Source: Clostridia bacterium (GTDB taxonomy: Bacteria > Bacillota > Clostridia > Oscillospirales > CAG-272). Taken from it: 64,000 bases of DNA. The position numbers and the translations under genes are program-made. The stretch covers positions 10,059-74,058 of the forward strand of contig JAFTOC010000068.1 of assembly GCA_017451585.1 (NCBI GenBank), in the 5' to 3' direction. Shown in pieces: positions 25,605 to 33,759 of the stretch (the stretch's first letter is position 1; every line of letters begins with the position of its first letter). Below the pieces are notes generated by a model, which was not told the origin of the DNA, searched no databases, and was given only the letters and a program-made list of their open reading frames with translations.

Positions 25605-26906
25605 TCACTCCGAAATAAACCGATGTAGCACTCGGTCAAAGTAATAGTATCGCTTGCCCAGCAGCCAGTTGTCGATAGTTCCCTTTGGAGGGATACCGCC
25701 GCAAACATCCAAGATCTCAGCCACCCATCGGCAATCTGCCGTCAGCATGAAATACTCCTTGCACCGCTCGGCCTGTGTGTATGCATCTTGCAGCATCTGT
25801 TTATCACCGTACTGCTCCCATTTGGAGAGGTAAGCCTCAATGATTTCTGCTTTCTGTTGCTCTGAAAGCTGCCGCCGCACCACATGAAGGAAGTGCAGAG
25901 CATCATAAAAAGGATGACCATAGAAAGCCATACCCCAATCATAGAGAACTTCCGCATCCTCCATGATACGCACATTGCCAGGACGAATATCTGCATGGCA
26001 AAGGGCGTTAGGAATGGGGTATTGGCAGAGATGTTCCAGAGCAGATTTCACTTTTGCCAGCTTCGCACTCAGCAGGCTCCGATCTGCTTTAGAAAGCGGA
26101 CGATTCGTTGCTTCAAAAATGTGGTTGACCTGGCGTTCAAAGTCGGCAATCTCAGCGAGTAGCTTTTGTGGGGAACAGTCGATCAGACCATAGGTATTCT
26201 CGCCGGTAGCCTGGGTCTGCTTTTCACCCCAGCTTTCCAGCCAGGATTTATACTGGCCTGCATCACCGCTCTGAAAGCCATGTCCGGGCATTTCCTTTGT
26301 GATGGCAGCGTACCCATCCGGGGAAACTGCCAAAAACACAGGAGTGCCGCCCATGCTGGTCGTAAGCTGCTTTTCTTTGGCAGCGGTGTTCACATATACA
26401 GAGGATGTAATCTTCAGATACATGGCTCCGGCATCCGTAGAAATGCGGAAGATGGTCGATACATAAGCGTTCTTGATCTGCTGAATGGTTTCTTGAACAG
26501 AGTAGTCCATTCCGGTCAGCACAGTCTTTGCCCAATCCAGATATTGCGCCATTCCATGCTTAGCCATCCAGGGCGCAGTTTTACTTTGATTATCATTTCT
26601 GGCAAGAAGCAATGCAGCAGACATATCCGAATCACCTGGGAGCTTGTCTGTCCATGCGAAACCATTATTCAGCTGGGTGCTGCCAACAGGTTCAAACACA
26701 GCAACGCAGTAATCCCCGACAAAATAGATGTACTTTCGATAGACCCGGATGCCGCAATGGTCGAATATCCATTGGTTATCTGGCTCTGGGGATTCAAAGC
26801 CATACCCGGTATTTACTTTTGTTTCGGAGGTCAGCATACGAACCTCCTGCCCACTGAATTCAACGACGAAGCGATCTTCATCCATAACTGCATATAAGAG
26901 CTTCAT
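25605..26906 (-). CDS. APH-type phosphotransferase with a ~170-aa N-terminal extension
   Basis: Catalytic region LCHADIRPGNVRI...LYDWGMAF (HxDxxxxN...D). Start at MKLLYAV sits behind GGAGGG. Confidence 0.75.
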   Translation of the reverse strand: MKLLYAVMDEDRFVVEFSGQEVRMLTSETKVNTGYGFESPEPDNQWIFDHCGIRVYRKYIYFVGDYCVAVFEPVGSTQLNNGFAWTDKLPGDSDMSAALLLARNDNQSKTAPWMAKHGMAQYLDWAKTVLTGMDYSVQETIQQIKNAYVSTIFRISTDAGAMYLKITSSVYVNTAAKEKQLTTSMGGTPVFLAVSPDGYAAITKEMPGHGFQSGDAGQYKSWLESWGEKQTQATGENTYGLIDCSPQKLLAEIADFERQVNHIFEATNRPLSKADRSLLSAKLAKVKSALEHLCQYPIPNALCHADIRPGNVRIMEDAEVLYDWGMAFYGHPFYDALHFLHVVRRQLSEQQKAEIIEAYLSKWEQYGDKQMLQDAYTQAERCKEYFMLTADCRWVAEILDVCGGIPPKGTIDNWLLGKRYYYFDRVLHRFISE

Positions 26907-26957
26907 ACCGACCCTCCAATCCAAAAGGTACCATTATGGTAACCACATCCCAAATGA

Positions 26958-27008
26958 AACAGCAGTGGAAGACTGGCGAAGAGCCAGATCGCCACTGCTG
27001 TTGTTTTT
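26958..27008. terminator. hairpin separating the R-M genes from the enzyme array
   Basis: aacagcagtgg / ccactgctgtt stem with an inner hairpin ctggcgaagagccag. The T-run is on the plus side only. Confidence 0.45.
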
Positions 27009-27636
27009 ATAAAATCGCTTCGCTTAAGTAATCCCGCACACGCTGTTCCAGTTCTTCAGCAGTAAAAGCACAGGGCTGAAGCCGCTCCGCCCAGGCACGA
27101 CCAGGATGCAGACAATCCCAGAAAGGCATCTTACCGCTGTGGCGACCTTTGCCGGGATCGTGGTTGCCAAAACCGTCAAGTACTCGATTCCAGACGGGCT
27201 TGAACCGCTCGATCAACAATGACTCCGTCAGCGGAATCCAAATATCATCAACGGACAAAAACTGGCAATAGAAGTCTTCTAAGCGAAGGTTCGTAGCAGC
27301 ATCTACAGACTTTGCGTGGTCATTGAGCCGTTTGAAAAGTGCAGTTCCAGGGTCAACATCGTCGCCCTGCCCGCCTTTTCTCGCACCATCAGGCACTGCC
27401 TTGCCGACATAGATGGGGCAAGCAAACTGGTCGTTGCGATTAACTTCCGCAAGCGCCTCATACGCAGGAAAATCCCCGACATAATAAAGTGCGTACACTC
27501 CGGCACCGATGAACGGTTCCGGAGGCAGCGGGTAGATGTCAGATTCCAACAGTGCATTTGCAACACTGGCACCCAAGTGCCTTTTATCGAGAGGGTTAAA
27601 AGGTTCAAATACTGGGTAATCAGACTTTTTAGCCAT
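27007..27636 (-). CDS. Eco29kI-like GIY-YIG restriction endonuclease
   Basis: 209 aa. GVYALYYVG...PIYVGKA matches the GIY-YIG core as found in Eco29kI-family enzymes. Overlaps the methyltransferase stop by 8 nt. Confidence 0.7.
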   Translation of the reverse strand: MAKKSDYPVFEPFNPLDKRHLGASVANALLESDIYPLPPEPFIGAGVYALYYVGDFPAYEALAEVNRNDQFACPIYVGKAVPDGARKGGQGDDVDPGTALFKRLNDHAKSVDAATNLRLEDFYCQFLSVDDIWIPLTESLLIERFKPVWNRVLDGFGNHDPGKGRHSGKMPFWDCLHPGRAWAERLQPCAFTAEELEQRVRDYLSEAIL

Positions 27637-28807
27637 TGTCCACCAGTCCTTTCATCTGTGTAATTACGGAATCGCCTACGGCCTTTGCCAGTTTTACAGG
27701 CACAGCGTTTCCGATTTGTCTCATGCTTTCCGTCCAAGATGCACTGAACAAATAGTCATCCGGGAAGGTTTGAATTCTTGCGCTTTCACGGACGGTGTAA
27801 TAACGGACACTACCATCATCGAGTACAACCATGTTTTCGCCACCAGGAACGCCGTGGGCTCCCGCCTTGATGGTTTTTGACGGCTCGTCCAGTTTGCTAC
27901 CGGAATGTCCGGCATATACCCTTGCACCATCACGGAATTCGTGGTTGTTGAACAGCATTGCTTTACTCAGATCGGTGGGATCTGGCAAATCTCCAATAGC
28001 ATCACGAACGGTCTGCCATCTAAGGAGAGGTGTATCCGTATCCTCAACAGCACGACGAATGGAGCGTAACTGCTGTGCCGACAGCGGCATTTCAGCGGGG
28101 CGCTTTATGCTGTGTTCTTCCCAATACTCACCGGTCACCCATTTGGAATAGAGCAATGCTTCCTGGGAATGTGTCGCAGCCGGAAAACTCCAACTCGCAT
28201 TGAAATCACTTCTGAAGCCTACGATAATAACACGATGGCGGGACTGCGGCACGCCGTAATCGGCAGCGTTTAACAGTCGGAACACCACATTGTAAGAAAG
28301 GCCATCATCATGTCCAGCGGTATGGTGTTGTTCCAACAGCGCCAGGTGATCTTCCCAGGTCATGATGTCTTTTTTTACAACTTCGGGATGCTGAAGTTGC
28401 AGGAGGATGTAATTAAAATAGGAGCTAAAGGACTTTCGGAGTAGTCCTTTAACATTCTCGAAAATAAACGCTTGAGGCTGTGTTTCTCGGACGGCTCTCA
28501 CTGCCTCTGGGAACATATCTCGTTTATCATTATATGCTTGGTGCTTACCACCCAGGGAGAACGGCTGACATGGGGGGCCTCCGGCCACAAGCTGAATTTT
28601 GCCGGTGTAACCGTCGTAACTAACAGTGCGAACATCGGTCTGGAACACAGACCAATCTCTTACACCTGGATATCCGTTAGCGATGTTGTGTTTGATATTT
28701 TCACAGGAGTCTTTATCCCACTCAAAAAGTGCCTTGTGAGCGAAACCTGCCTGTTGCAGACCGAGCGCAAGACCGCCCGTTCCGCTGAACAATTCTATCG
28801 ATTTCAT
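27629..28807 (-). CDS. DNA (cytosine-5)-methyltransferase
   Basis: Motifs I (ELFSGTGGL), IV (GGPPCQPFS), VI (ENV), VIII (QSRHRVIIVG) and X (GNAVP) are all present. Confidence 0.95.
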   Translation of the reverse strand: MKSIELFSGTGGLALGLQQAGFAHKALFEWDKDSCENIKHNIANGYPGVRDWSVFQTDVRTVSYDGYTGKIQLVAGGPPCQPFSLGGKHQAYNDKRDMFPEAVRAVRETQPQAFIFENVKGLLRKSFSSYFNYILLQLQHPEVVKKDIMTWEDHLALLEQHHTAGHDDGLSYNVVFRLLNAADYGVPQSRHRVIIVGFRSDFNASWSFPAATHSQEALLYSKWVTGEYWEEHSIKRPAEMPLSAQQLRSIRRAVEDTDTPLLRWQTVRDAIGDLPDPTDLSKAMLFNNHEFRDGARVYAGHSGSKLDEPSKTIKAGAHGVPGGENMVVLDDGSVRYYTVRESARIQTFPDDYLFSASWTESMRQIGNAVPVKLAKAVGDSVITQMKGLVDNG

Positions 28808-28832
28808 ATCGTACCTCTCATTCGCTTTCGGG

Positions 28833-29048
28833 TCAGTTAGGCTTTTCGCCGGGCATCAATTCCATGATGTCAGTTATGTCACAATTCAATGCCGTGCATA
28901 TTTTAATCAAGACATCCGTTGTGATATTATCGCCCTTACCGAGTTTGGCAATAGAAGCTGAACTCACACCGGCAGCAGCTTTTAACGCCTGCCTGTTCAT
29001 ATTTCGGTCTATCAGCAACTTCCATAGTTTGTTGTAACTGATATACAT
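28833..29048 (-). CDS. XRE/Cro-type helix-turn-helix protein (possible controller protein)
   Basis: 71 aa. NRQALKAAAGVSSASIAKLGKGDNITTDVLIKICTALNCDITDIME is a classic HTH_XRE. Lies between the ATPase operon and the R-M genes on the same strand. Confidence 0.85.
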   Translation of the reverse strand: MYISYNKLWKLLIDRNMNRQALKAAAGVSSASIAKLGKGDNITTDVLIKICTALNCDITDIMELMPGEKPN

Positions 29049-29075
29049 CTCATTTCCTCCTAAAGTCTTTGCTTA

Positions 29076-30890
29076 TTAATATACGCCATCCAGGAACCCA
29101 TATCTTCCTTCAAAACGTCCCTTAGTAAAGGTAATAACAGTTGCACCTGCGCTTTCATAGTCCAGATTGGGGATATGCTCAAGGTTCTCAATTACGATCA
29201 TTTGTCCTTCGGCTTGGTTATTCATGAAATACTTAAACAGAGCAGTTCTCATGCTTTCCGGCGCTGCATCATCCACACCTTGATCAAGGCCGAGGAGCGG
29301 CGTGTCAATGATAAGCAATCCAGGATTATACTTCGCGTCGCTACACAGATACTTTCTAAACATCAGGGTAACCACGGTGTTAAGGAACGCTCTGTAACCT
29401 TTGCCATGATTCGTTGACTTTTTGCCACCGTTAACTTCGATGTCGAAATCCGCCAAATTAAACCGTGCCGAGCTAAGGTTTTCGTAGTGGCACTCTTCCA
29501 GGATTTCATGAGCGTACCTATCCATTGCTCTCAGAAATTCTTCATCAAAATATTCCTTCGGGTGATACTTCAATTCAGAAGAATTCTCCGGCGGAAGCTG
29601 ACGCAGATCGGACATCCAGCTTTCTTGGAAGGAATCGATAACACTAACCTCATGCTTCAAACGAATATATACCTGGTATTTTTCGAGTGCGGCTTGCAAT
29701 TCATCCGCCTTGGGACGGAGCTTCTCATTGATAAGAGTCTCAATATCCTCGCGCTTCGCCTGTAGCGCTTTCAATTCAGCCTCAATTTCAGCCAATTCAG
29801 CCTGGACATCGGCTTCAGTTTCACTCAGGCCCTTCATCTGTCCCATGATTCTGGTCAGTTCTGCACGAGCGGATTCAATATAGGAAAGTCGGTTCTGCAC
29901 GGGCATTTTTCCGTCACAGAAGGGACACTTGGCACTATGCGGTACTCCTTGGTACTCAGCTTCACCCTCGACAATGAAGGTCAGTCTATGAACATCCGCA
30001 GTATACTGGCTCCTAAGTGCTTTATATCTGGAGCGTAGCATTGTGCATTCAGCAGCTTTTTCTTCTGTGGCCAGAATTTGGACAAGCAGCTCCTTGCTAT
30101 TGTTTACCGCCTCGGTGATTGCTGCATCGGTCTGCTTAATATCTTCGACGATACGGGCAACTTCCGCTTCAACATCAACACCTTGCACGGCATCCAGCTG
30201 CGCTGCAATGCTTTTACGGCGATCCGCCACTCCAGAGAGCTGCTTGTTTACATATTCCTCGACAGCCTTTCGTCTGGCGACACGGATTTCCTTTTTGGTT
30301 TGCGCATCATTCTCTGCAAAATCACGTCCGGTTACAAGATATAGCAGTGCTGAGAGGAATAATGTTTTCTCAGTATGCTGTTCCGGAACTACAATAGATG
30401 CAGATCTTGCAATGTCATCTTCGGGGATCAACAACATCTGCAGTATGGTGCGCCACGTTAAATGCTTTCTTTCAAAATCACTGTTTTTAGCAATCATCGG
30501 TTCTCCGTCGATTGCAAGTAGCTTAAGCCACACAGAATTCAGAACGGGCTTCTTCTGATTCTTTTTGTAGGTCAGGTCATAGGTACCGCTTTCAATATCC
30601 TCATTGTAGCTGACCACATATACCTGATTTTTACCAATATTACGGCTGAAATCAATCTGACCCTTATCGGTGTTAATTGTCATCGTAACCTTGGAGTAAC
30701 CGGTACTCTCATCAAAGGGGATCTCGCTACTTCCGAAAATAAAGTCGATACACTTAATCACGCAGGTTTTTCCTGTATCGGAATATCCTTGGATAATATT
30801 AAGGCCTTCGCCAAATGACACTACAGCGTCTGACCGTTGATCGCCGTGGGCCACTATTCTTTCAATATAGAACTTTGCCACGCTGATCAC
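29076..30890 (-). CDS. SMC/Rad50-like ABC ATPase with coiled-coil insert and CxxC hook (LmuB / ABC-3C ATPase-like)
   Basis: Walker A GYSDTGKT at aa 35-42. About 230 aa of heptad-rich Ala/Glu/Lys/Gln sequence with CPFC in its middle. C-terminal Walker B/D-loop LLIIDTPLLGLD and IVIENLEH. Confidence 0.75.
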   Translation of the reverse strand: MISVAKFYIERIVAHGDQRSDAVVSFGEGLNIIQGYSDTGKTCVIKCIDFIFGSSEIPFDESTGYSKVTMTINTDKGQIDFSRNIGKNQVYVVSYNEDIESGTYDLTYKKNQKKPVLNSVWLKLLAIDGEPMIAKNSDFERKHLTWRTILQMLLIPEDDIARSASIVVPEQHTEKTLFLSALLYLVTGRDFAENDAQTKKEIRVARRKAVEEYVNKQLSGVADRRKSIAAQLDAVQGVDVEAEVARIVEDIKQTDAAITEAVNNSKELLVQILATEEKAAECTMLRSRYKALRSQYTADVHRLTFIVEGEAEYQGVPHSAKCPFCDGKMPVQNRLSYIESARAELTRIMGQMKGLSETEADVQAELAEIEAELKALQAKREDIETLINEKLRPKADELQAALEKYQVYIRLKHEVSVIDSFQESWMSDLRQLPPENSSELKYHPKEYFDEEFLRAMDRYAHEILEECHYENLSSARFNLADFDIEVNGGKKSTNHGKGYRAFLNTVVTLMFRKYLCSDAKYNPGLLIIDTPLLGLDQGVDDAAPESMRTALFKYFMNNQAEGQMIVIENLEHIPNLDYESAGATVITFTKGRFEGRYGFLDGVY

Positions 30891-31333
30891 CTCCTTAGTG
30901 ATTCCTTTGCTTTTTCACTGATTATCGCGAGCAAGCCAATCTCCGTGCTGTTTCCGAACTTCTGATTTGTCTTGGATGCCATCTCTCTATAAGCACTTGC
31001 ATACTCTGTGCTTTGCTTATTGCAAAAAGCTCGTCCATGCTCAGTAATCTCAAAGCAAAATCCGGCCTTCCTGTGTGTAGCTCGGACCAAACCATCAAGC
31101 ACGAGACTTTTCAATGCTTCGCTCAACACTTCTCGGCGGGATGTAAATTCACTGAAGCTATAGTCGTTCAACCCATGAAGATTGTTCTCCGTTAGGTCAA
31201 AATAGCTGCCGTATATGGCAATAAAATCGTAGGCTGCAATTCTGTCCAAGGTCATATCCTTGCGTTCTACAACTGAAAGCAACAACGCTGACCGAAGAGA
31301 CAATTCAAACGGCGTATTAAATAATCTCGTCAT
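30887..31333 (-). CDS. small helical protein, candidate middle component (LmuC / ABC-3C MC-like)
   Basis: 148 aa. 4-nt overlap with the ATPase gene and 17-nt overlap with the upstream gene. The family assignment rests on size, position and remembered sequence character only. Confidence 0.5.
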   Translation of the reverse strand: MTRLFNTPFELSLRSALLLSVVERKDMTLDRIAAYDFIAIYGSYFDLTENNLHGLNDYSFSEFTSRREVLSEALKSLVLDGLVRATHRKAGFCFEITEHGRAFCNKQSTEYASAYREMASKTNQKFGNSTEIGLLAIISEKAKESLRR

Positions 31334-32015
31334 CGATGTTCACCCACGATTTGATATCACCGTCATTCACCATCATATGGCAAATGCCTTTCTTCTCCAA
31401 ATTGCTGATAAGTCCAACCACGTTCATCAGAGCCGAACCGGACAGAGATGTATTCGTGATTTTTTCAAGAACTGCTTCCAATCTGTCGAATCCGGTAGTA
31501 TGACGGTCGCTAAAGTATGTAGCCTCAATACCTTCATAGGCGTCACTTTTCAGCGCCTTGAACTGTGCTTCACCATCGGCAAATATCTCTCGTACAGACC
31601 GCTGGGCACTTTCAGCTCCGAAATACGCTTTCCTTTGATTTGCGTAATGGCGTCTGAACTCACGCGGAATGGCATCAGGTGAAACCGCCTGCTGAATTCT
31701 CTCGGCATACACCTCACACAAAGCATTGATATAAGGAAGTTCATTGGGATCCAACTCGTCTTGAGGAACAAGCTGCACAGGCAGAATGATTTCCTCACTT
31801 CCCAAATATACAATTCTTCTTTCTCTGTCATAACGTGTCGGAAGAATAGGGGTGAACGGTTTCCCGGTATCATCGCAAGGATCGGAATTCCTATCGCCAT
31901 ACACATTTACAGTCATACTCTCAACATGGTCAGCATGAACGGATTTACTTCCATATTGATTCACTTGTTTAGCAGGAGCAACAGACACTGCTCGCTTTGC
32001 TACTTCTTCTGGCAT
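31317..32015 (-). CDS. candidate LmuA / ABC-3C C-terminal-domain protein without a recognisable effector domain
   Basis: 232 aa. The C-terminal two thirds (INALCEVYAE...KGICHMMVNDGDIKSWV) resemble the conserved C-terminal module of ABC-3C effector proteins as I recall them. The N-terminal ~90 aa carry only the VNQYG..VH.DHVE motif. Confidence 0.5.
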   Translation of the reverse strand: MPEEVAKRAVSVAPAKQVNQYGSKSVHADHVESMTVNVYGDRNSDPCDDTGKPFTPILPTRYDRERRIVYLGSEEIILPVQLVPQDELDPNELPYINALCEVYAERIQQAVSPDAIPREFRRHYANQRKAYFGAESAQRSVREIFADGEAQFKALKSDAYEGIEATYFSDRHTTGFDRLEAVLEKITNTSLSGSALMNVVGLISNLEKKGICHMMVNDGDIKSWVNIDDEII

Positions 32016-32028
32016 AGGTTTCGCCTCC

Positions 32029-32691
32029 TTACAGTTTCAAATTTTCCACATGATCTATGTGAACGGGATGGTCACCGTACTGATTTACAATCGTTTGATG
32101 CACAACAGCCCCAGCTGTATTAGCGGCACCTGATGACTCCTGGTCATCCACGACCTCCGCTTCTACAGTATCTGCTCTGCTCATATCATCAGCCATTGCC
32201 TGCATCGCTTTTCCCCAGGCATCGGCCATTGCCCTTCCCGAAGCAAGTATCTTCTCCGAGAAAACATCATATGGCGTTTTGCCAGTGCCACCCTTAGCGT
32301 CCTTCGGGGCGCTTTTTCTTTTTGTCCCGGCTGCGGTTTTCAGAATGGAAAGGAACAGATCCGCCAACTGTCTTCCTGCATTGAAGCCGTCGATATCGGG
32401 TAGCTGATCCCGGAAACTGTCGCATAGGCTTGCAACCGTCTCGTCAGAGAACTCATGAATAAAAGACACAAAGTTCTCGGTTTCAAGATAAGGGCTGATC
32501 TTTTTTGCAATTCTGGAGATGCCTGTTGAGCCATTGAAGTAAGAACGGTATGTGACCTCAGACTGTTCATCCAACGCACTCTGGCCTTCGTCCGTAACAA
32601 TGACATCAAAGAGGGTTTTCACGAAAGCCCCTTGGTTGCTCGAACCACCGATTATCGGATGCAACGTCTGCACAAAGTCCTTAAATTCCAT
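32029..32691 (-). CDS. hypothetical protein, first gene of the four-gene operon
   Basis: Start at MEFKDF, 9 nt after AAGGAG. No domain recognised. The C-terminal tail VNQYGDHPVHIDHVENLKL repeats a motif found at the N-terminus of the next gene. Confidence 0.6.
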   Translation of the reverse strand: MEFKDFVQTLHPIIGGSSNQGAFVKTLFDVIVTDEGQSALDEQSEVTYRSYFNGSTGISRIAKKISPYLETENFVSFIHEFSDETVASLCDSFRDQLPDIDGFNAGRQLADLFLSILKTAAGTKRKSAPKDAKGGTGKTPYDVFSEKILASGRAMADAWGKAMQAMADDMSRADTVEAEVVDDQESSGAANTAGAVVHQTIVNQYGDHPVHIDHVENLKL

Positions 32692-32713
32692 GTTCTTCAT
32701 CTCCTTGCTGAAA

Positions 32714-32750
32714 CCTATCAAAACCTATCAACGGCTATCTGATCCTATCA
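32714..32750 (-). promoter_or_regulatory. four helically phased 10-bp direct repeats (TGATAGG-nnn on the gene strand)
   Basis: cctatca at 32714, 32724 and 32744, and gctatct at 32734. The period is exactly 10 nt, ending 8 nt upstream of the operon SD. Confidence 0.6.
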
Positions 32751-33132
32751 GCCCAATTTCGTATAATGCTTTCAGAAGCTGACAAAAACAGCTTCTTCGA
32801 CAGGGTAAGCCTTCGAGTCTATAGCTTCATTTTACATTATAGCAGATATTTGTGAATTTTTCTACCTGAATCATAAATTTTCTATCTGTGTTCTCAAACA
32901 AAAAGTCGTATTCGTAAACTTGCCCTTTCGAACCGCCTGATAACGCATCACCTGATCACTGATGGCTCAACGGTATCCGGCGGACAAGTGAATACTGTAG
33001 CTGCCTTTTGAGCGGGTTTGCTGCAATCCGAAACGGAGAACTCCGTTAGGACTGCGGTCGGTTTCCTATACCCATTTTACGGCAGCACCCAGAGTCCTCC
33101 GTTTCGAGAAATCGAAAATCGGAGGACTTTTT

Positions 33133-33651
33133 ATGACAATCAATGACAACCAATACTACATCTTCATCCAGAACGGGAATCGGAAGATCCCTGTCACCAA
33201 GGAAGAGTTCGACTCCTTTTATAAGGAAACAAGCGTATTCCGCCGTCGGCAGATGCGCCAGGGACTCTGCTCCTGCCCCAAGCGTAAGTGGCTCTACTGC
33301 GATACCGACTGCGAGAACTGCCGTTACCGCTTTGACAACTACAGCACCTATTCGATGGATGAAGCTGTTCCCGGTGCGGATGACGATGACGAGGAGATGA
33401 CCAAGCACGATGTCATTTCCGATGGCGCCCCCTGGTTTGCGGATGTTGTGGCTGATGTGGATCAAATGCAGATCCTGCTCAACCGCATCCGTGAAATCAT
33501 GCCGGAAGCCATTCAGATGGGTGAGCTTCGCCTCAAGGGCCAGACCGATGCCGTCATCGCAGAAGCGTTAGGCATCCCGCGTACCACGCTGCTGTCCCGC
33601 CTGAAAAAGCTGAGGAAAGTGCTTGACGAAGAGGTGTCGGACATCCTCTGA
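33133..33651 (+). CDS. sigma-70 region-4-like HTH protein with Cys cluster (phage/ICE type)
   Basis: C-terminal GQTDAVIAEALGIPRTTLLSRLKKLRKVL is a region-4 HTH. The central part reads CSCP..CDTDCENC. Confidence 0.6.
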   Translation: MTINDNQYYIFIQNGNRKIPVTKEEFDSFYKETSVFRRRQMRQGLCSCPKRKWLYCDTDCENCRYRFDNYSTYSMDEAVPGADDDDEEMTKHDVISDGAPWFADVVADVDQMQILLNRIREIMPEAIQMGELRLKGQTDAVIAEALGIPRTTLLSRLKKLRKVLDEEVSDIL

Positions 33652-33759
33652 AAAAATTCTGAAGTTTTTTCAAAAACCTTCGTCAAACGGCGGATGTGCT
33701 GACCAAGTGCCAACTGTAAGGGGCATCCCGATACCGCCCCTTGCAGGAGGTGAAAAAGA

